A DNA stretch of 64,000 nucleotides, from the NCBI GenBank assembly GCA_035516155.1, contig DATJAP010000016.1:72426-136425 (forward strand), in the 5' to 3' direction. Below the pieces are notes generated by a model. The model was not told the DNA's origin and searched no databases. It worked only from the letters and a program-made list of their open reading frames with translations. The DNA is from Nitrospirota bacterium. GTDB lineage: Bacteria > Nitrospirota > UBA9217. Below, piece by piece: positions 1 to 10,656 of the stretch. How positions within the stretch are numbered: position 1 is the stretch's first letter; every line of letters begins with the position of its first letter. Made by a program: the position numbers and the translations under genes.

Positions 1-1
1 G

Positions 2-679
2 CTACATGATGCGAGATCGCATCCGCGGCTTACGAAGTGGGCTCCCCGCCTTCGAATGACCTCCCCTCGCTCCCGGCCGGACAAGCCCCGAGGATTCCGA
101 GAGACCGGACGACATCCCCTCCAGTTTAACAAGCGCATACCAGAGTACGTTCTGAAGATCATCATTCGTCTTGATCCCCAAGAATGATTTCGTCAACATC
201 TCGCGTATGGTCAGCATCATCGGGTCTTTTTTGAGAAACCGCAGGAACATCCGTAGGCGTTCTTCTCCCCCGCCGAAGATTGGCTCCACGAGGAGGTCCA
301 CATTTGTTTTGTAATATTCCTGCAGATAGATCAAAAACCACAGCTGCGTCATATCGTAAAAAAACTCGAGCGTTGGATAGTAGCCATACTCTTGTCTAAT
401 GTGTTCCTCAACGGATAAGTGGTTATTGGGGATGCTCGGAAATACAGCGACAAGCAGCCCTTCCGCGAAATCTTCATAGAAAAAAGGCGAATCTGAATAC
501 AGCCGGTACCCGCACTGGGGACAGATAACCATATTAAATTCCCAGTTCAACAGGAGCGTCTTTACCCGGGGCGTCCGGGAAGCGTCGATCCATGTGGCGA
601 TGCGGGCATTAACGCTGCGTTTACAAGAGCTACAATATAGTACTTCATTACGGAAATCTTCGGCCTGAAGTGTCAGCAT
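2..679 (-). CDS. CpXC-type zinc-ribbon domain protein (uncharacterised)
   Basis: ORF 2..730 with stop at 2-4. Preferred start is ATG 679 (MLTLQAEDF...). Two Cys pairs, CSSC and CPQC, lie about 35 aa apart and are followed by FFYEDF, a layout I associate with CpXC-domain proteins. Confidence 0.55.
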   Translation of the reverse strand: MLTLQAEDFRNEVLYCSSCKRSVNARIATWIDASRTPRVKTLLLNWEFNMVICPQCGYRLYSDSPFFYEDFAEGLLVAVFPSIPNNHLSVEEHIRQEYGYYPTLEFFYDMTQLWFLIYLQEYYKTNVDLLVEPIFGGGEERLRMFLRFLKKDPMMLTIREMLTKSFLGIKTNDDLQNVLWYALVKLEGMSSGLSESSGLVRPGARGGHSKAGSPLRKPRMRSRIM

Positions 680-889
680 TTGTTCACTCCCGTGAAATGC
701 ATGTCGATTTGAAGACCGAAGGCAGCGCACAGATGTCCGGAATCATCCCACCTTTTCGGAGGACGGATCATGTGCAGGGGAGGCGACACCCCTACTGTCA
801 GGTTCCCATCGTGGTGGATCCACGCGAAGGGGGCGAACTCTAATTACGCTGTCTATCTTGGATATATGAAACGGGAAATCGGGGTGTGC

Positions 890-1165
890 CTAAGCGGGGG
901 GAGCACGGGTTTCAGTCGATGAGTGAAGAACGCTCGGCAAATGCCATGAAGCGTCGAGCGTAGAAAAATTTCTTGTCCAGCCGATACGACAGTCAAAATC
1001 ACATGCGATATTAAATGCGGTGTAGAGCTGGCTGTAGGCACTGTAAACAGAGGTGCCTTTGGACAGGGCCTCGTCCTCAACAGGATAGAAGGCGGGGATA
1101 AGCGCGAGAAAGAAAAGTATCGCAACAATAAGAAGCGCAATTCTCTTTTGCATCTTACCTTTCAT
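890..1165 (-). CDS. small hypothetical protein with N-terminal membrane anchor or signal
   Basis: ORF 890..1231. Internal ATGs at 1165/1153 precede the hydrophobic helix KRIALLIVAILFFLALIPAF. No recognisable family. Confidence 0.3.
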   Translation of the reverse strand: MKGKMQKRIALLIVAILFFLALIPAFYPVEDEALSKGTSVYSAYSQLYTAFNIACDFDCRIGWTRNFSTLDASWHLPSVLHSSTETRAPPA

Positions 1166-1722
1166 AGTCGCATTATACGGAGGAAGAATATCATAGTCAA
1201 GACCCTTTTCAGAGGACGAATTGACTGACAATAAATGTTACAATTGAATTTTACAATAATTCGTTTATTCATAACACCTGTTCCCCGGAACTATGCCCCC
1301 AGAAGGATGGTGCGTGACCGGGATTTTTTGGCCTCCCTGCAGCGTTATGCCTGCCGTGCTCATGCACCACTTGCTTTCCCTGAGCCAAAATAGCGGCGCT
1401 GTCACTCTTTGGCTGTGCTGACTGATGCCCAGGGGTACATAATAATTATTACTATTAGGAACTGACTTCAACGATGCATGTTGCGACATGAAATCCGCTG
1501 CCGTATGATTGACAAAGCGAAAGTAAAGAGTGCAAATTTCCCGAGAAATTGACACTCTTTGTGGTTACGGCTTTCAGGCAAGGCTCTCAGCAAAACTCTT
1601 TTGTATACCCTTTCGGCTTTTTAATGACCTCTATCACGTACTCTACGTCCCCTTTGCTATGGCGCGAGTAAGAAAACCGCTGCGCATTCCCGAAACACTC
1701 AAACCACTATGTCAAAGGTTTT

Positions 1723-2238
1723 CTATACCTTTCGCAGGGCTTTGATCGCCTTTTCATCATCAGCGGTCTTAATCACCGAGGTTGCCGTCTTGGCCGAACT
1801 TGTGGTAGCGTAGAAGTAGTAAATGTTGATGTTCGCGTCGGCAATGATTTTTGCTATTTTCTCCAGCGATCCCGGCTTGTTCGGCGTCTCCACCATAATG
1901 ACAGACGATTCGTGAATCTCCTCAGCCCCGATCCGTTCGAGGGCTCTTTCCGCCTTGGCGAAATCGTCCACTATAAGAGTAAACGTGGCATTCCGTCGTT
2001 CTCTGCTTGCCGAGTAGCCCGTTGCGGCAAGGATGTTGACGTTTTCTGCAGCTACGGCCGCAGCCAGTTTAGCGGTCAACCCGATTGCGTCCTGGAAGGT
2101 GGCCGTGATCTCGATTCCCGTCTTCACCGAAAACTCGCCGTTTGACCGTATCTTCGAGGAAGCTGCCGGCTTTGACTTGGGTCTTGCAATGATATTTCTC
2201 GCTTTCTTTTTCGCTCCTTTTTTCGCTGCTTTCACCAT
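1723..2238 (-). CDS. ACT-domain protein with Lys-rich N-terminal tail
   Basis: 171 aa. Basic tail MVKAAKKGAKKKARNIIARPKSKP, then two ACT-like beta-alpha-beta units (...VNILAATGY..., ...VETPNKPGSLEKIAKIIADANINIYYFYA...). Confidence 0.65.
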   Translation of the reverse strand: MVKAAKKGAKKKARNIIARPKSKPAASSKIRSNGEFSVKTGIEITATFQDAIGLTAKLAAAVAAENVNILAATGYSASRERRNATFTLIVDDFAKAERALERIGAEEIHESSVIMVETPNKPGSLEKIAKIIADANINIYYFYATTSSAKTATSVIKTADDEKAIKALRKV

Positions 2239-2508
2239 GTTCGTTCTCTCCTTTAAGTTGGATTCTTGTTAACTAAAAAAGGTTTTTATCAAGAAGCGCT
2301 GATCACTGCATAACGACATCTTGATATGATGAGTACACATATTCGTTTCTGTACAAGACAGCCCTCACCTCCTGGTGTCATTGCGAGAAACGGTTTGAGC
2401 GGTGCATATGTTGATTTTCTTTCGTCTTATCCGAATCATTAGAGTGCAGAGCACGAATTCATGATTACTTCGCCTACAGCTCGCAATAATAAACGAGGGT
2501 GCTTGCGT

Positions 2509-4131
2509 TTAGAGAAGCTTATAGATAAGATCATTCTCCGAATAATCGATAGGCACGTCGATAATGACGGGCACCTCTTTGGTCAGGGCATCCCGGAGCA
2601 TGGAATCGAAATCATCCATTGATCGGAGCCGCCACCCGATAGCCCCGAAACCATCGGCGACTTTGATGAAATCGGGATTCGTGAATTCGACGCCGTGAGA
2701 AGTGCCGAACTTTTTTGTGGATTTCCATTTGATGAGATTGTAACTGCTATCATTGAAGATGACGATGGCCATGTTGAGCTTCATCCGGACGGCGGTCTCA
2801 AGGTCCTGCAGGTTCATCAGAAAACCGCCGTCACCGGCCAGGGCGACCACCTTACGGCTTGGGTGAATCAGCTTTGCCACGATGGCCGCGGGGAGGGAAA
2901 TTCCCATGGATGCGAAGCCGTTGGACATGATAAAGGTATTGTTGTTATAGACTGGATAAAACTTTGCCGCCCAGAATTTGCACGTTCCCACGTCCGTTAC
3001 CAAGATATCGCTCTCGGCCAGTACGTTTCTGATCCCGTGCAGCACCTGGGGTGGACGGATGAGCGAGGTCTTCTGTGAACCGATCCGTTCGAATTCATCC
3101 CGGAAGTTGTTATGGAAATCGATCACGTACTGGCTCTTCTTGTTCGTGCTGAGCATGCCCTGGAGAAGGTCCAGGCTCTCACGGATGTCGGAAACAATCT
3201 CGACTTCCGGCACATAATGAAGATCGACCTCGCTGGAGGTAAAATCTATATGGATGATGCGCTTGTCGATCTTCGGATTCCAGTTCTTGGGGGCATATTC
3301 GACAAGCCCATACCCGAGGGCAATAATCAGGTCAGCGCGGCCGAAAACGTCATTGATCTGCCGGTCATTCGCAAGGCCCAGAGAACCGATGCAGGACGGA
3401 CTCTTTGCGCTGACCGCCCCCTTGCCCATGAACGTCGTGACAACGGGGATGCAGAGCATCTCGGCGAACTGTTGGAGTTGAGCGTTTGCCGCCTTGCGCA
3501 CGACTCCATGGCCAGCGAGGATCACGGGAAATTCTGCCGCCTCAATTAGGTCAGCCGCCTTTCTGAGCGATTGTCGGTCCGGAGAGCTCCTGCGCGCCCT
3601 GATGGGCGGGATCATGGACGCATACATCTCATACACAGTCATGGATGCGATGTTCTCGGGCAGCTCCAGGTGCGTGGGGCCCGGCTTTTCCGATTCAGCC
3701 AGCTTGAATGCCTTACGGACCATCTCGGGGATCACCTCGGGCGTCTCGATCCGACCGTTCCATTTTGTTACGCTCTCACACATTTCAACGATGTTGATGT
3801 ACTGGTGGGATTCCTTGTGGATCCGCTTGAGATCCGCCTGGCCGGTGAGAACGACCATGGGGGAAGCATCGAGAAAGGCGTCGCCCACCCCGGTCAGAAG
3901 GTTTGTGGCTCCGGGGCCCAGTGTGGACATGCAGACACCGGCCTTGCCCGTAAACCGCCCGTAGGCATCGGCCATGAAAGCGGCGGCCTGTTCATGGCGA
4001 GTGAGAATGAATTTTATCTTTGAGGTCCTGAGTGATTCCATGAGGTCCATGGTCTCTTCACCGGGAATGCCGAAGATATACTCCACGCCCTCATTTTCAA
4101 GACATTTAACGAGTAAATCAGATGCTTTCAT
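2509..4131 (-). CDS. thiamine-diphosphate enzyme, acetolactate synthase large-subunit-like (AlsS/IlvB type)
   Basis: 540 aa. N-terminal EGVEYIFGIPGEE...HEQAAAFMADAYGR...LGPGATNL and C-terminal TPP motif LAGDGGFLMNLQDLETAVR...N, as in acetolactate synthases. Confidence 0.85.
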   Translation of the reverse strand: MKASDLLVKCLENEGVEYIFGIPGEETMDLMESLRTSKIKFILTRHEQAAAFMADAYGRFTGKAGVCMSTLGPGATNLLTGVGDAFLDASPMVVLTGQADLKRIHKESHQYINIVEMCESVTKWNGRIETPEVIPEMVRKAFKLAESEKPGPTHLELPENIASMTVYEMYASMIPPIRARRSSPDRQSLRKAADLIEAAEFPVILAGHGVVRKAANAQLQQFAEMLCIPVVTTFMGKGAVSAKSPSCIGSLGLANDRQINDVFGRADLIIALGYGLVEYAPKNWNPKIDKRIIHIDFTSSEVDLHYVPEVEIVSDIRESLDLLQGMLSTNKKSQYVIDFHNNFRDEFERIGSQKTSLIRPPQVLHGIRNVLAESDILVTDVGTCKFWAAKFYPVYNNNTFIMSNGFASMGISLPAAIVAKLIHPSRKVVALAGDGGFLMNLQDLETAVRMKLNMAIVIFNDSSYNLIKWKSTKKFGTSHGVEFTNPDFIKVADGFGAIGWRLRSMDDFDSMLRDALTKEVPVIIDVPIDYSENDLIYKLL

Positions 4132-4727
4132 GTTTTCCCTATCGCCTTACGCTGTCCGTACACCATTGTCGGCCTTTCTAAAATTATACTTCTTTGCTGC
4201 AAAAAAGGCATGCCCATTTCTCGAATTTAGAATTTATAATTACTACTGCCGATGCTATTAATGCAAAGCCCTGCCTGCATCTAATTGCAAATATGAAAAT
4301 TCTTGCGCGGCCACGCTTGTGAGCCGGACTCTTTTCTCTACTTCAATTCCCTGTCATTTCAGCATGTTATTTTTTATAGCAGACCCGCACACATTGGGAT
4401 AATATTTGCCTCCTCTCAATATGCATTAAGCATTCCTGTGCTCATCTCTTCTAGTCTTCATGAATGGGATGTATCTCATAACGATTGTCTCCGGAGTAAT
4501 AACTAACGTCCTGTTCACGGTGCAGGGAAGGCGCGCACAAGAATAATTGTGTACCGCACATGTAACAGCACTTCAGTATTGCCAGCAACAAGGGGAGAAC
4601 CGTTTACGCATGGCGGCAGCTAATGATCCCCCGACCGACGAATATCTCGAAGAAGGCTGCATCGGGGGGATAGATAATTTTGTTGTCAAAGCCATCCGAG
4701 CTGGGTAAAATATTCCCACCTTTCGGT

Positions 4728-5348
4728 ATGGATACGATTTTTTTTCTCAAAGGACTCATCATCGGTTTCGTCATCGCGGCCCCGGTCGGCCCCATCGGCA
4801 TCCTCTGCGCTCGCCGCACGCTTATGTTCGGCCGGAGGGCCGGGTTCTTTTCAGGCATGGGTGCGGCGACGGCCGACGCCATCTACGGGTTCGTGGCTGC
4901 CTTCGGCCTGACGCTGGTGTCAGACTTTCTCGTCGCTCACAACGTGTTGCTCAGAATCGTGGGCAGTTCGCTATTGTGCATTCTGGGCGTCAAGGCGCTG
5001 GTTGCGAATCCAGCCTTGAATCGCGATGACCCCAAGTCCATTAAAAAATACGCTGGCTTGTACACGTCAATGTTTTTCCTGACCCTGACCAACCCCATGA
5101 CTATCTTCTCCTTTGCCGCTGTCTTCGCCGGATTCGGGCTCGCCGGTGTCAGGGGAAGCGTCTATTCAGCAGGCGTTCTTATCCTCGGTGTCTTCCTCGG
5201 TTCAGCGCTTTGGTGGCTGTTCCTAGTAGGCATCTTCAGCATTTTTCGCAAACGGTTTCACACCGATCAACTTCGCTGGGTGAACCGCATCTCCGGCGGC
5301 ATTATCATCGCATCGGGCATCCTCGCCCTTCTAAGCCTGAAGTGGTGA
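4728..5348 (+). CDS. LysE/RhtB-family amino-acid exporter
   Basis: ORF 4680..5348. ATG 4728 gives MDTIFFLKGLIIGFVIAAPVGPIG..., the typical LysE-family N-terminus. Polytopic hydrophobic protein of about 206 aa. Confidence 0.75.
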   Translation: MDTIFFLKGLIIGFVIAAPVGPIGILCARRTLMFGRRAGFFSGMGAATADAIYGFVAAFGLTLVSDFLVAHNVLLRIVGSSLLCILGVKALVANPALNRDDPKSIKKYAGLYTSMFFLTLTNPMTIFSFAAVFAGFGLAGVRGSVYSAGVLILGVFLGSALWWLFLVGIFSIFRKRFHTDQLRWVNRISGGIIIASGILALLSLKW

Positions 5349-5920
5349 GCTGGACGCTGTGCTCCGATGGTTCGAGCGATACGGCATCCCCATTTGTAAC
5401 CTTATTAAAAAGCTCCGGGTTATGCTTTCCAACATCTCCAAATTATCTAAATCTTCTGCTTTATAATATTCGGCCAGACAACATTCCTCCTCAGAGCAAA
5501 ACATCCATTATTCCTATCATTAGGGTATAGCGAGAAAACCTCCGCGGCGCACAACAGTTATTTTTTTCATCACAACGTGCAGCTATACAATAGCACACCC
5601 ATCGTAAAGCCGGTATTCCGTTCAATAAAACGGGGATATGTTTTTAGATGATCTGCGCTTACTAATGCGGAATCGAACATGTGATGGTTCAATAAATAGC
5701 GACCGCAATTGCTACAGATAAGATTCTGGGGCCCACGGTCATATAAGGCGTGAATAAATACCAGGGTTATGTTTCTCCGGATTGCCTGTGAGGCCTGTGA
5801 TGGTCACGGGTGCTCACGAATGGGCTGCTGCCAGAAAGCAGTTTCAGTCTTTATCGCAGAATCGGTCATGGTGTGTTGCATTACGTCTGCATGCGCATGT
5901 GAACGTGCAGATGGTAAATA

Positions 5921-6376
5921 TCAGATAATGAAATAGGCAATGACCTTGCTAATAATAAGGACTGCTGCTGCCACAATGAGATGTTTGGTGACTTCCGAGA
6001 GAGTCCCGGCGTTTCTTTCGCGTGCAAGAAGGTAAGATAACACACCCAACAACAGCATGCCCCAGACAATCGATCCTAGGACAACAGCTTTAGGCGGAAA
6101 GACAACGACGATTAACACGAAGCTGAGGGAACCCAACAACCGAGTGGTAAAGTTCGACAACGTTCCGATGAAGGCCTCTCGTTCATCAAGTCGCTCAGAC
6201 TCCTGATAGATATGAATGCTCAACGAATCGGTAATGTTGTCCGCAAGCGCGGCAATCAGTAGCGCAGTAATGAGCGCGGCTTTGCCCGTCCCAACTGCGT
6301 TGAGGCCGGTGATCAGGGCCATGCTCGTTACAATCGCGGCCGTGCCCCCATAGCTGATTCGGCTAATTTTCTTCAT
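5921..6376 (-). CDS. VIT1/CCC1-family (Fe/Mn transporter-like) membrane domain protein
   Basis: ORF 5921..6523. The first 49 codons look non-coding, and ATG 6376 gives MKKISRISYGGTAAIVTSMALITG...ALADNITDSLSIH..., which resembles the VIT-family membrane domain. Confidence 0.55.
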   Translation of the reverse strand: MKKISRISYGGTAAIVTSMALITGLNAVGTGKAALITALLIAALADNITDSLSIHIYQESERLDEREAFIGTLSNFTTRLLGSLSFVLIVVVFPPKAVVLGSIVWGMLLLGVLSYLLARERNAGTLSEVTKHLIVAAAVLIISKVIAYFII

Positions 6377-7178
6377 TACCGTAGCGGCATGCAAGAATTT
6401 GGAGTCTGCACTGTTTTCTCGCCGGTTTCCATATTCCAATGAAGAGACGTTAATTAAATTTCGAACGCGATGTCGCTGTTTCAAAGAGGTGCGACATTCA
6501 CACATTCGGCAAGGATGATACATTCTTTCACAAATATATGCAAAGCTGGGAAGACGTCAAATGATAGCGGTGAGCCTGTCACTCGGTTAGATTCTAACTG
6601 ATAACGTTCAGAACATCGTTTACTCAAAGCGTGAAGGCTCTGTTTTTCGCGATGCCGTGAGTCGCATCATCAGTCCCGTCGTTGATACTTGTATTCTTTG
6701 GCCTGGATTGTGTCCAGAGCGCGCTTTAACAATTATTCTTTGATATCGATTGTATTCACAACGTATTCGCATTGGGTCCCCGGTGGAACTGGGAACATTT
6801 CTCCGAAGATGTACGGTCGGCAGTCGCTTCGTATAAATATTACAAGATGGTAGCAACCTTTCTCCGGCTTATTCAAGAGAATCTTGGAGCGTCACCCCTG
6901 CTCGGGAAGATCGATTTCTTTCCCTGCGCAGGATTATTTGGGGTATGCCGTGAAACCCGTTTATCAAGCCACGGTTTCGTTTTCCCCAGTGAAACGCAGA
7001 TGCTTTGGGAACCTCCACCCGCTAGATACCGTCACACTGCTGATGCCCGCTGCTTCTGAAACTCCTTTTTTATGAACACCTCCCTTCAAGGATTCGGTGC
7101 CCGTGATTGAGCAAATTGTGGCTGCTCAATTGTTAAAGAACGAAAGGAAACGATGTCTGAAGCGTTGTCAATTATGCC

Positions 7179-8918
7179 TTATAGCTGATGTTTCTGCCCT
7201 TGCATCCATGCGTCGATTGCATTAAACGCCATGGGACGGGCAAAGAGAAAACCCTGGCCGTAGCCGCAGTGCAGGTTCTTGATATTGACTAATTGATGTT
7301 CCATTTCGATTCCTTCAGCAATCACCTCGAAATGCAGGCTCTGGGCCAAGGAAACAATATGTGTGATAATCTCCTGATTGTCGCCGCTGGCGGTAAGTTT
7401 GTTGATAAAACTGCGGTCAATCTTGAGCGCATTGATTGGAAAGAGTTGCAGGTAGCTCAGCGACGAATGCCCGGTGCCGAAATCATCAATGTGGATCTGT
7501 ACCCCCATGTTTCGCAGTCTGTTCATTGTCTCCACGGAAGCATTAACGTTCTCCATGATCATGCTTTCAGTGATTTCCAATATCATGGTGTGTGGATCAA
7601 CGCCCGTCTCCGCGAGAAAACCGGAGAGCATGCCGGCAAGGTCCTGCTGTGAGAATTGCTTGCTTGAAATATTGACGCTCATATTGAGCGGGGGTTGCGC
7701 GGGGTGCCGCACCTGAAGCAGTTTCAGTTCGCGGCAGGCTTCGTGAAGAATCCATGCTCCGATCTGATAGATGAGTCCATGCTCCTCTGCCGAGGGGATG
7801 AACTCCATGGGGTAGATGAGACCGCGCGTCGGATGATTCCAGCGCACAAGTGCTTCAAATCCTGTCAACTGTTGCGTTTTTAGGGCGATAATAGGCTGAT
7901 AGTAGAGAGTAAGCTCCTTATTGTCGACTGCTCCCCGCAAATCGGCTACCAGTTGCATCCGGTCCAGGATATTAGCATGTAGCTTGATATCGAAGATCTC
8001 ACATGAACCATTTCCACGTCCTTTTGACTCGTACATCGCGATGTCCGCGTCGCGCAGGACCTGTTCCGGCCGTTCATAGCTTTCCGAACCTAACGCGATT
8101 CCAATGCTGATTGAGGTAAATATTTTACGACCTTTGATATCGAGCGGAACAGCTAATTTCTTCTGGATCCGCTCGGCGACGTTAACTGTGTATGCGGGGT
8201 CGTTGATATTGTGCAGGAGAAGGGCAAATTCATCACCTCCCAACCGCGCGATAGTATCTCCGGGGCGGATGCAATCTGTCAGCTTGCGACCGACCGCGAT
8301 GAGAAGTTGATCGCCGATGGTGTGACCATGGCTATCGTTGATGACCTTAAACCGGTCCAAATCGAGGAAAAAAACTGCGTAGTTATAAGTGCCGTGCCGT
8401 CGTTGCGACGCGGTGATGACATGCTGGAGCCGGTCCAGGAAAAGCGCCCGGTTCGGGAGGCCCGTCAGGGGATCGTGAAAGGCATCATACATATGCTGCT
8501 CATCCGCCTTTTTCTTCGCGGTGATGTCAGAATATATTCTCACAAATCCCTTTGAGAGCAACGGATTATGGGTCAGGAGGCACCATTGATTAACCCCTCG
8601 TATCGTTTGCTGAAATTCAATTTTAAAGGGATTGGGCAGATCAAGTTCTCGCAAAGTCTGTTCAAGCATATCCTGTGTTTGTCCCGTCACATCAGCCCAT
8701 CCCTTGAGAGTGTCCCTAAAATCACTTCCTACCTCGACTGTTCCCTGCTGCAACCCTAAAAGTGTCTCCAGCTGTTTATTGAACGCACGCACGGAATAAT
8801 CCGGCCCGACAATGACCATACCTTGCGTAATATTGTCCAAAACAGTGGTAAGAATTTCCGCTGTCTGAGAGCTGTCCTTGTTGAACAATGTTCTCTTGTG
8901 AATAGTTTTATTCTCCAT
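7179..8918 (-). CDS. PAS-GGDEF-EAL c-di-GMP signalling protein
   Basis: 579 aa. N-terminal PAS-like region, the GGDEF signature RLGGDEFALLL, and the EAL signature FEALVRWNHP...DDFGTGHSSLSYL. Confidence 0.9.
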   Translation of the reverse strand: MENKTIHKRTLFNKDSSQTAEILTTVLDNITQGMVIVGPDYSVRAFNKQLETLLGLQQGTVEVGSDFRDTLKGWADVTGQTQDMLEQTLRELDLPNPFKIEFQQTIRGVNQWCLLTHNPLLSKGFVRIYSDITAKKKADEQHMYDAFHDPLTGLPNRALFLDRLQHVITASQRRHGTYNYAVFFLDLDRFKVINDSHGHTIGDQLLIAVGRKLTDCIRPGDTIARLGGDEFALLLHNINDPAYTVNVAERIQKKLAVPLDIKGRKIFTSISIGIALGSESYERPEQVLRDADIAMYESKGRGNGSCEIFDIKLHANILDRMQLVADLRGAVDNKELTLYYQPIIALKTQQLTGFEALVRWNHPTRGLIYPMEFIPSAEEHGLIYQIGAWILHEACRELKLLQVRHPAQPPLNMSVNISSKQFSQQDLAGMLSGFLAETGVDPHTMILEITESMIMENVNASVETMNRLRNMGVQIHIDDFGTGHSSLSYLQLFPINALKIDRSFINKLTASGDNQEIITHIVSLAQSLHFEVIAEGIEMEHQLVNIKNLHCGYGQGFLFARPMAFNAIDAWMQGQKHQL

Positions 8919-9378
8919 ATCACCTCATCGAACATTAATGCTGTTATTTCATTCTCTAACATCTAAATGTAAATCCGCTAAAGCAAACGTTGCAACATTG
9001 TGGCTCTTCCTCGTCACCAACGACCTTCTCCATAAAATTAGCCGGCCCCAGAGGTGGTCTAGTGCAGCAATGATCATGGCCACACCAGCACAGAATTACA
9101 GACAAATATATGCCTGATGGACGCCGATGTCAAGAATATCGATTGGTTTGTCAACCCCAAACATGAATGAATATCGATTGGTTATGATTGGTTATTTTAT
9201 GAGTATAATGCTATCGAATACAGGCTGGCACTTTAAGAGTTGAAATGAAATTAAACTATAACGAATCCAAACAGAACCGCATGCGAGTCCGATGCCTTGT
9301 CATATGCAGACTTCATCTGCACATCATTGACTGTTCTCCGCAGATTAATAACCTACGGCTTTTTACATGACGTTTTTT

Positions 9379-9570
9379 TCATTTCCTTTTCTGAGTCGCC
9401 GCCTTTGATGATCCTATCGGCTTTCCTTTTTTAGTACCCTTCTCATACCGGCCCGACACGATTTTCTCCGCCTCGAGCCAATTTTGCACGTCTTGTCCAT
9501 GAACCCTTCCGCTCTTTTCATAGAGAGCATATGCAACTTTCGCAATTTCATCATAGATATTCTTCTCCAT
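9379..9570 (-). CDS. DUF2934-like small protein
   Basis: ORF 9379..9591. ATG 9570 lies behind GGAGGGAGG. IAKVAYALYEKSGRVHGQDVQNWLEAEKIV matches the DUF2934 pattern as I remember it. Confidence 0.55.
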   Translation of the reverse strand: MEKNIYDEIAKVAYALYEKSGRVHGQDVQNWLEAEKIVSGRYEKGTKKGKPIGSSKAATQKRK

Positions 9571-9831
9571 CTCGTCCTCCCTCCTTAACATACGTGTATT
9601 AAGACTTACTTGCTATTGATCGTCCTGAAATGCTGAAGCATTCACATATTAAGGTCGTCATCTGCTCCCTCTGCCTGTATGGCAGGAGTCATAAACTCAA
9701 AAAGAAGGGGTTAACATGAACGTCAATGTCAATTCTGCACCTCCACTAATATTATACGAAACTCGACATCAAAAACACTCGAATCTATCAACACAACTAT
9801 CGGCCAGTACCGTTCTGAAACCAGCTCATAT

Positions 9832-10656
9832 TTATGTGGCGTCGGGCTTGTTCCCAAAACTGAGTTTTCCGGAACTGTCTGGAATTTCGTTTGTATGTAT
9901 AACTAGCCGTCTGTTCTGCTCATTTGCTAATTCTCCCTGACTCAGAATATCAAAATCATGCCTCACCATATTTAAAATTTCAGTATTGCTATTCCACATC
10001 ATTACATCAACGATGGATAGCCCGCTTACAAAGCCATCGCGGCGTTGCCTGTAGGGCGTAAGACGAGACTTTAAAAAACGCAATTTAATATTGCGGGATG
10101 AAAATTCGTCTTCACGAAACAGGGAATATCCACTGGAAGGATTGAGGTATTCTGTTGCGCCGAGCGCTTCCGATATTTTAACCGCCCACTGCCCGGGATG
10201 GTCAATGCGTCCCAAGTTCAAGGCCAGCTGTGATTGGACATCCATCTTTATATTAATTCCCAATTCGGAGGCTACCAGCCGCAGAGAATTTATAACAAAT
10301 AACGCCAAATTGCTTTCATTATACGCTAAACAAGCCTTAACTAAATCGATCGTACGATTGTAATAAGGCGCTTTTTTCTTATAATTGCTAAGCCTGCCCA
10401 ATATTACCGATTTCCAATCTTGTGTACCATCAATGTTAATTTTATTGATTTTATCAAATCGTCGGCGATTTTTAAGGGGAATCGCAATATATATCCAGTC
10501 TTTTTTAGCGTCAGGATGAAGGACTCTGTTTCTATTGATCCATCCTTTATCAATGAATTGGACCTCATCAAAGACAATCCACCTATCCACATTCTTCATG
10601 AGTTGAAAGTACCTGATGCTCGGGAAAAAATAAGGTTGCATTATAGCGAGCTTCAT
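9832..10656 (-). CDS. WbqC-family protein
   Basis: ORF 9832..10668. ATG 10656 gives MKLAIMQPYFFPSIRYFQLM...VQFIDKGWINRNRV, the characteristic WbqC N-terminus. The gene is visibly AT-rich. Confidence 0.7.
   Translation of the reverse strand: MKLAIMQPYFFPSIRYFQLMKNVDRWIVFDEVQFIDKGWINRNRVLHPDAKKDWIYIAIPLKNRRRFDKINKINIDGTQDWKSVILGRLSNYKKKAPYYNRTIDLVKACLAYNESNLALFVINSLRLVASELGINIKMDVQSQLALNLGRIDHPGQWAVKISEALGATEYLNPSSGYSLFREDEFSSRNIKLRFLKSRLTPYRQRRDGFVSGLSIVDVMMWNSNTEILNMVRHDFDILSQGELANEQNRRLVIHTNEIPDSSGKLSFGNKPDAT

Noticed and set aside
6377-6620. Possible Mn/metal riboswitch in the long leader of the VIT-family gene
   Set aside because: A 7-bp hairpin (ATGTCGC/GCGACAT) is present. I could not find the conserved yybP-ykoY-type sequence blocks, so there is no support without a covariance-model scan.
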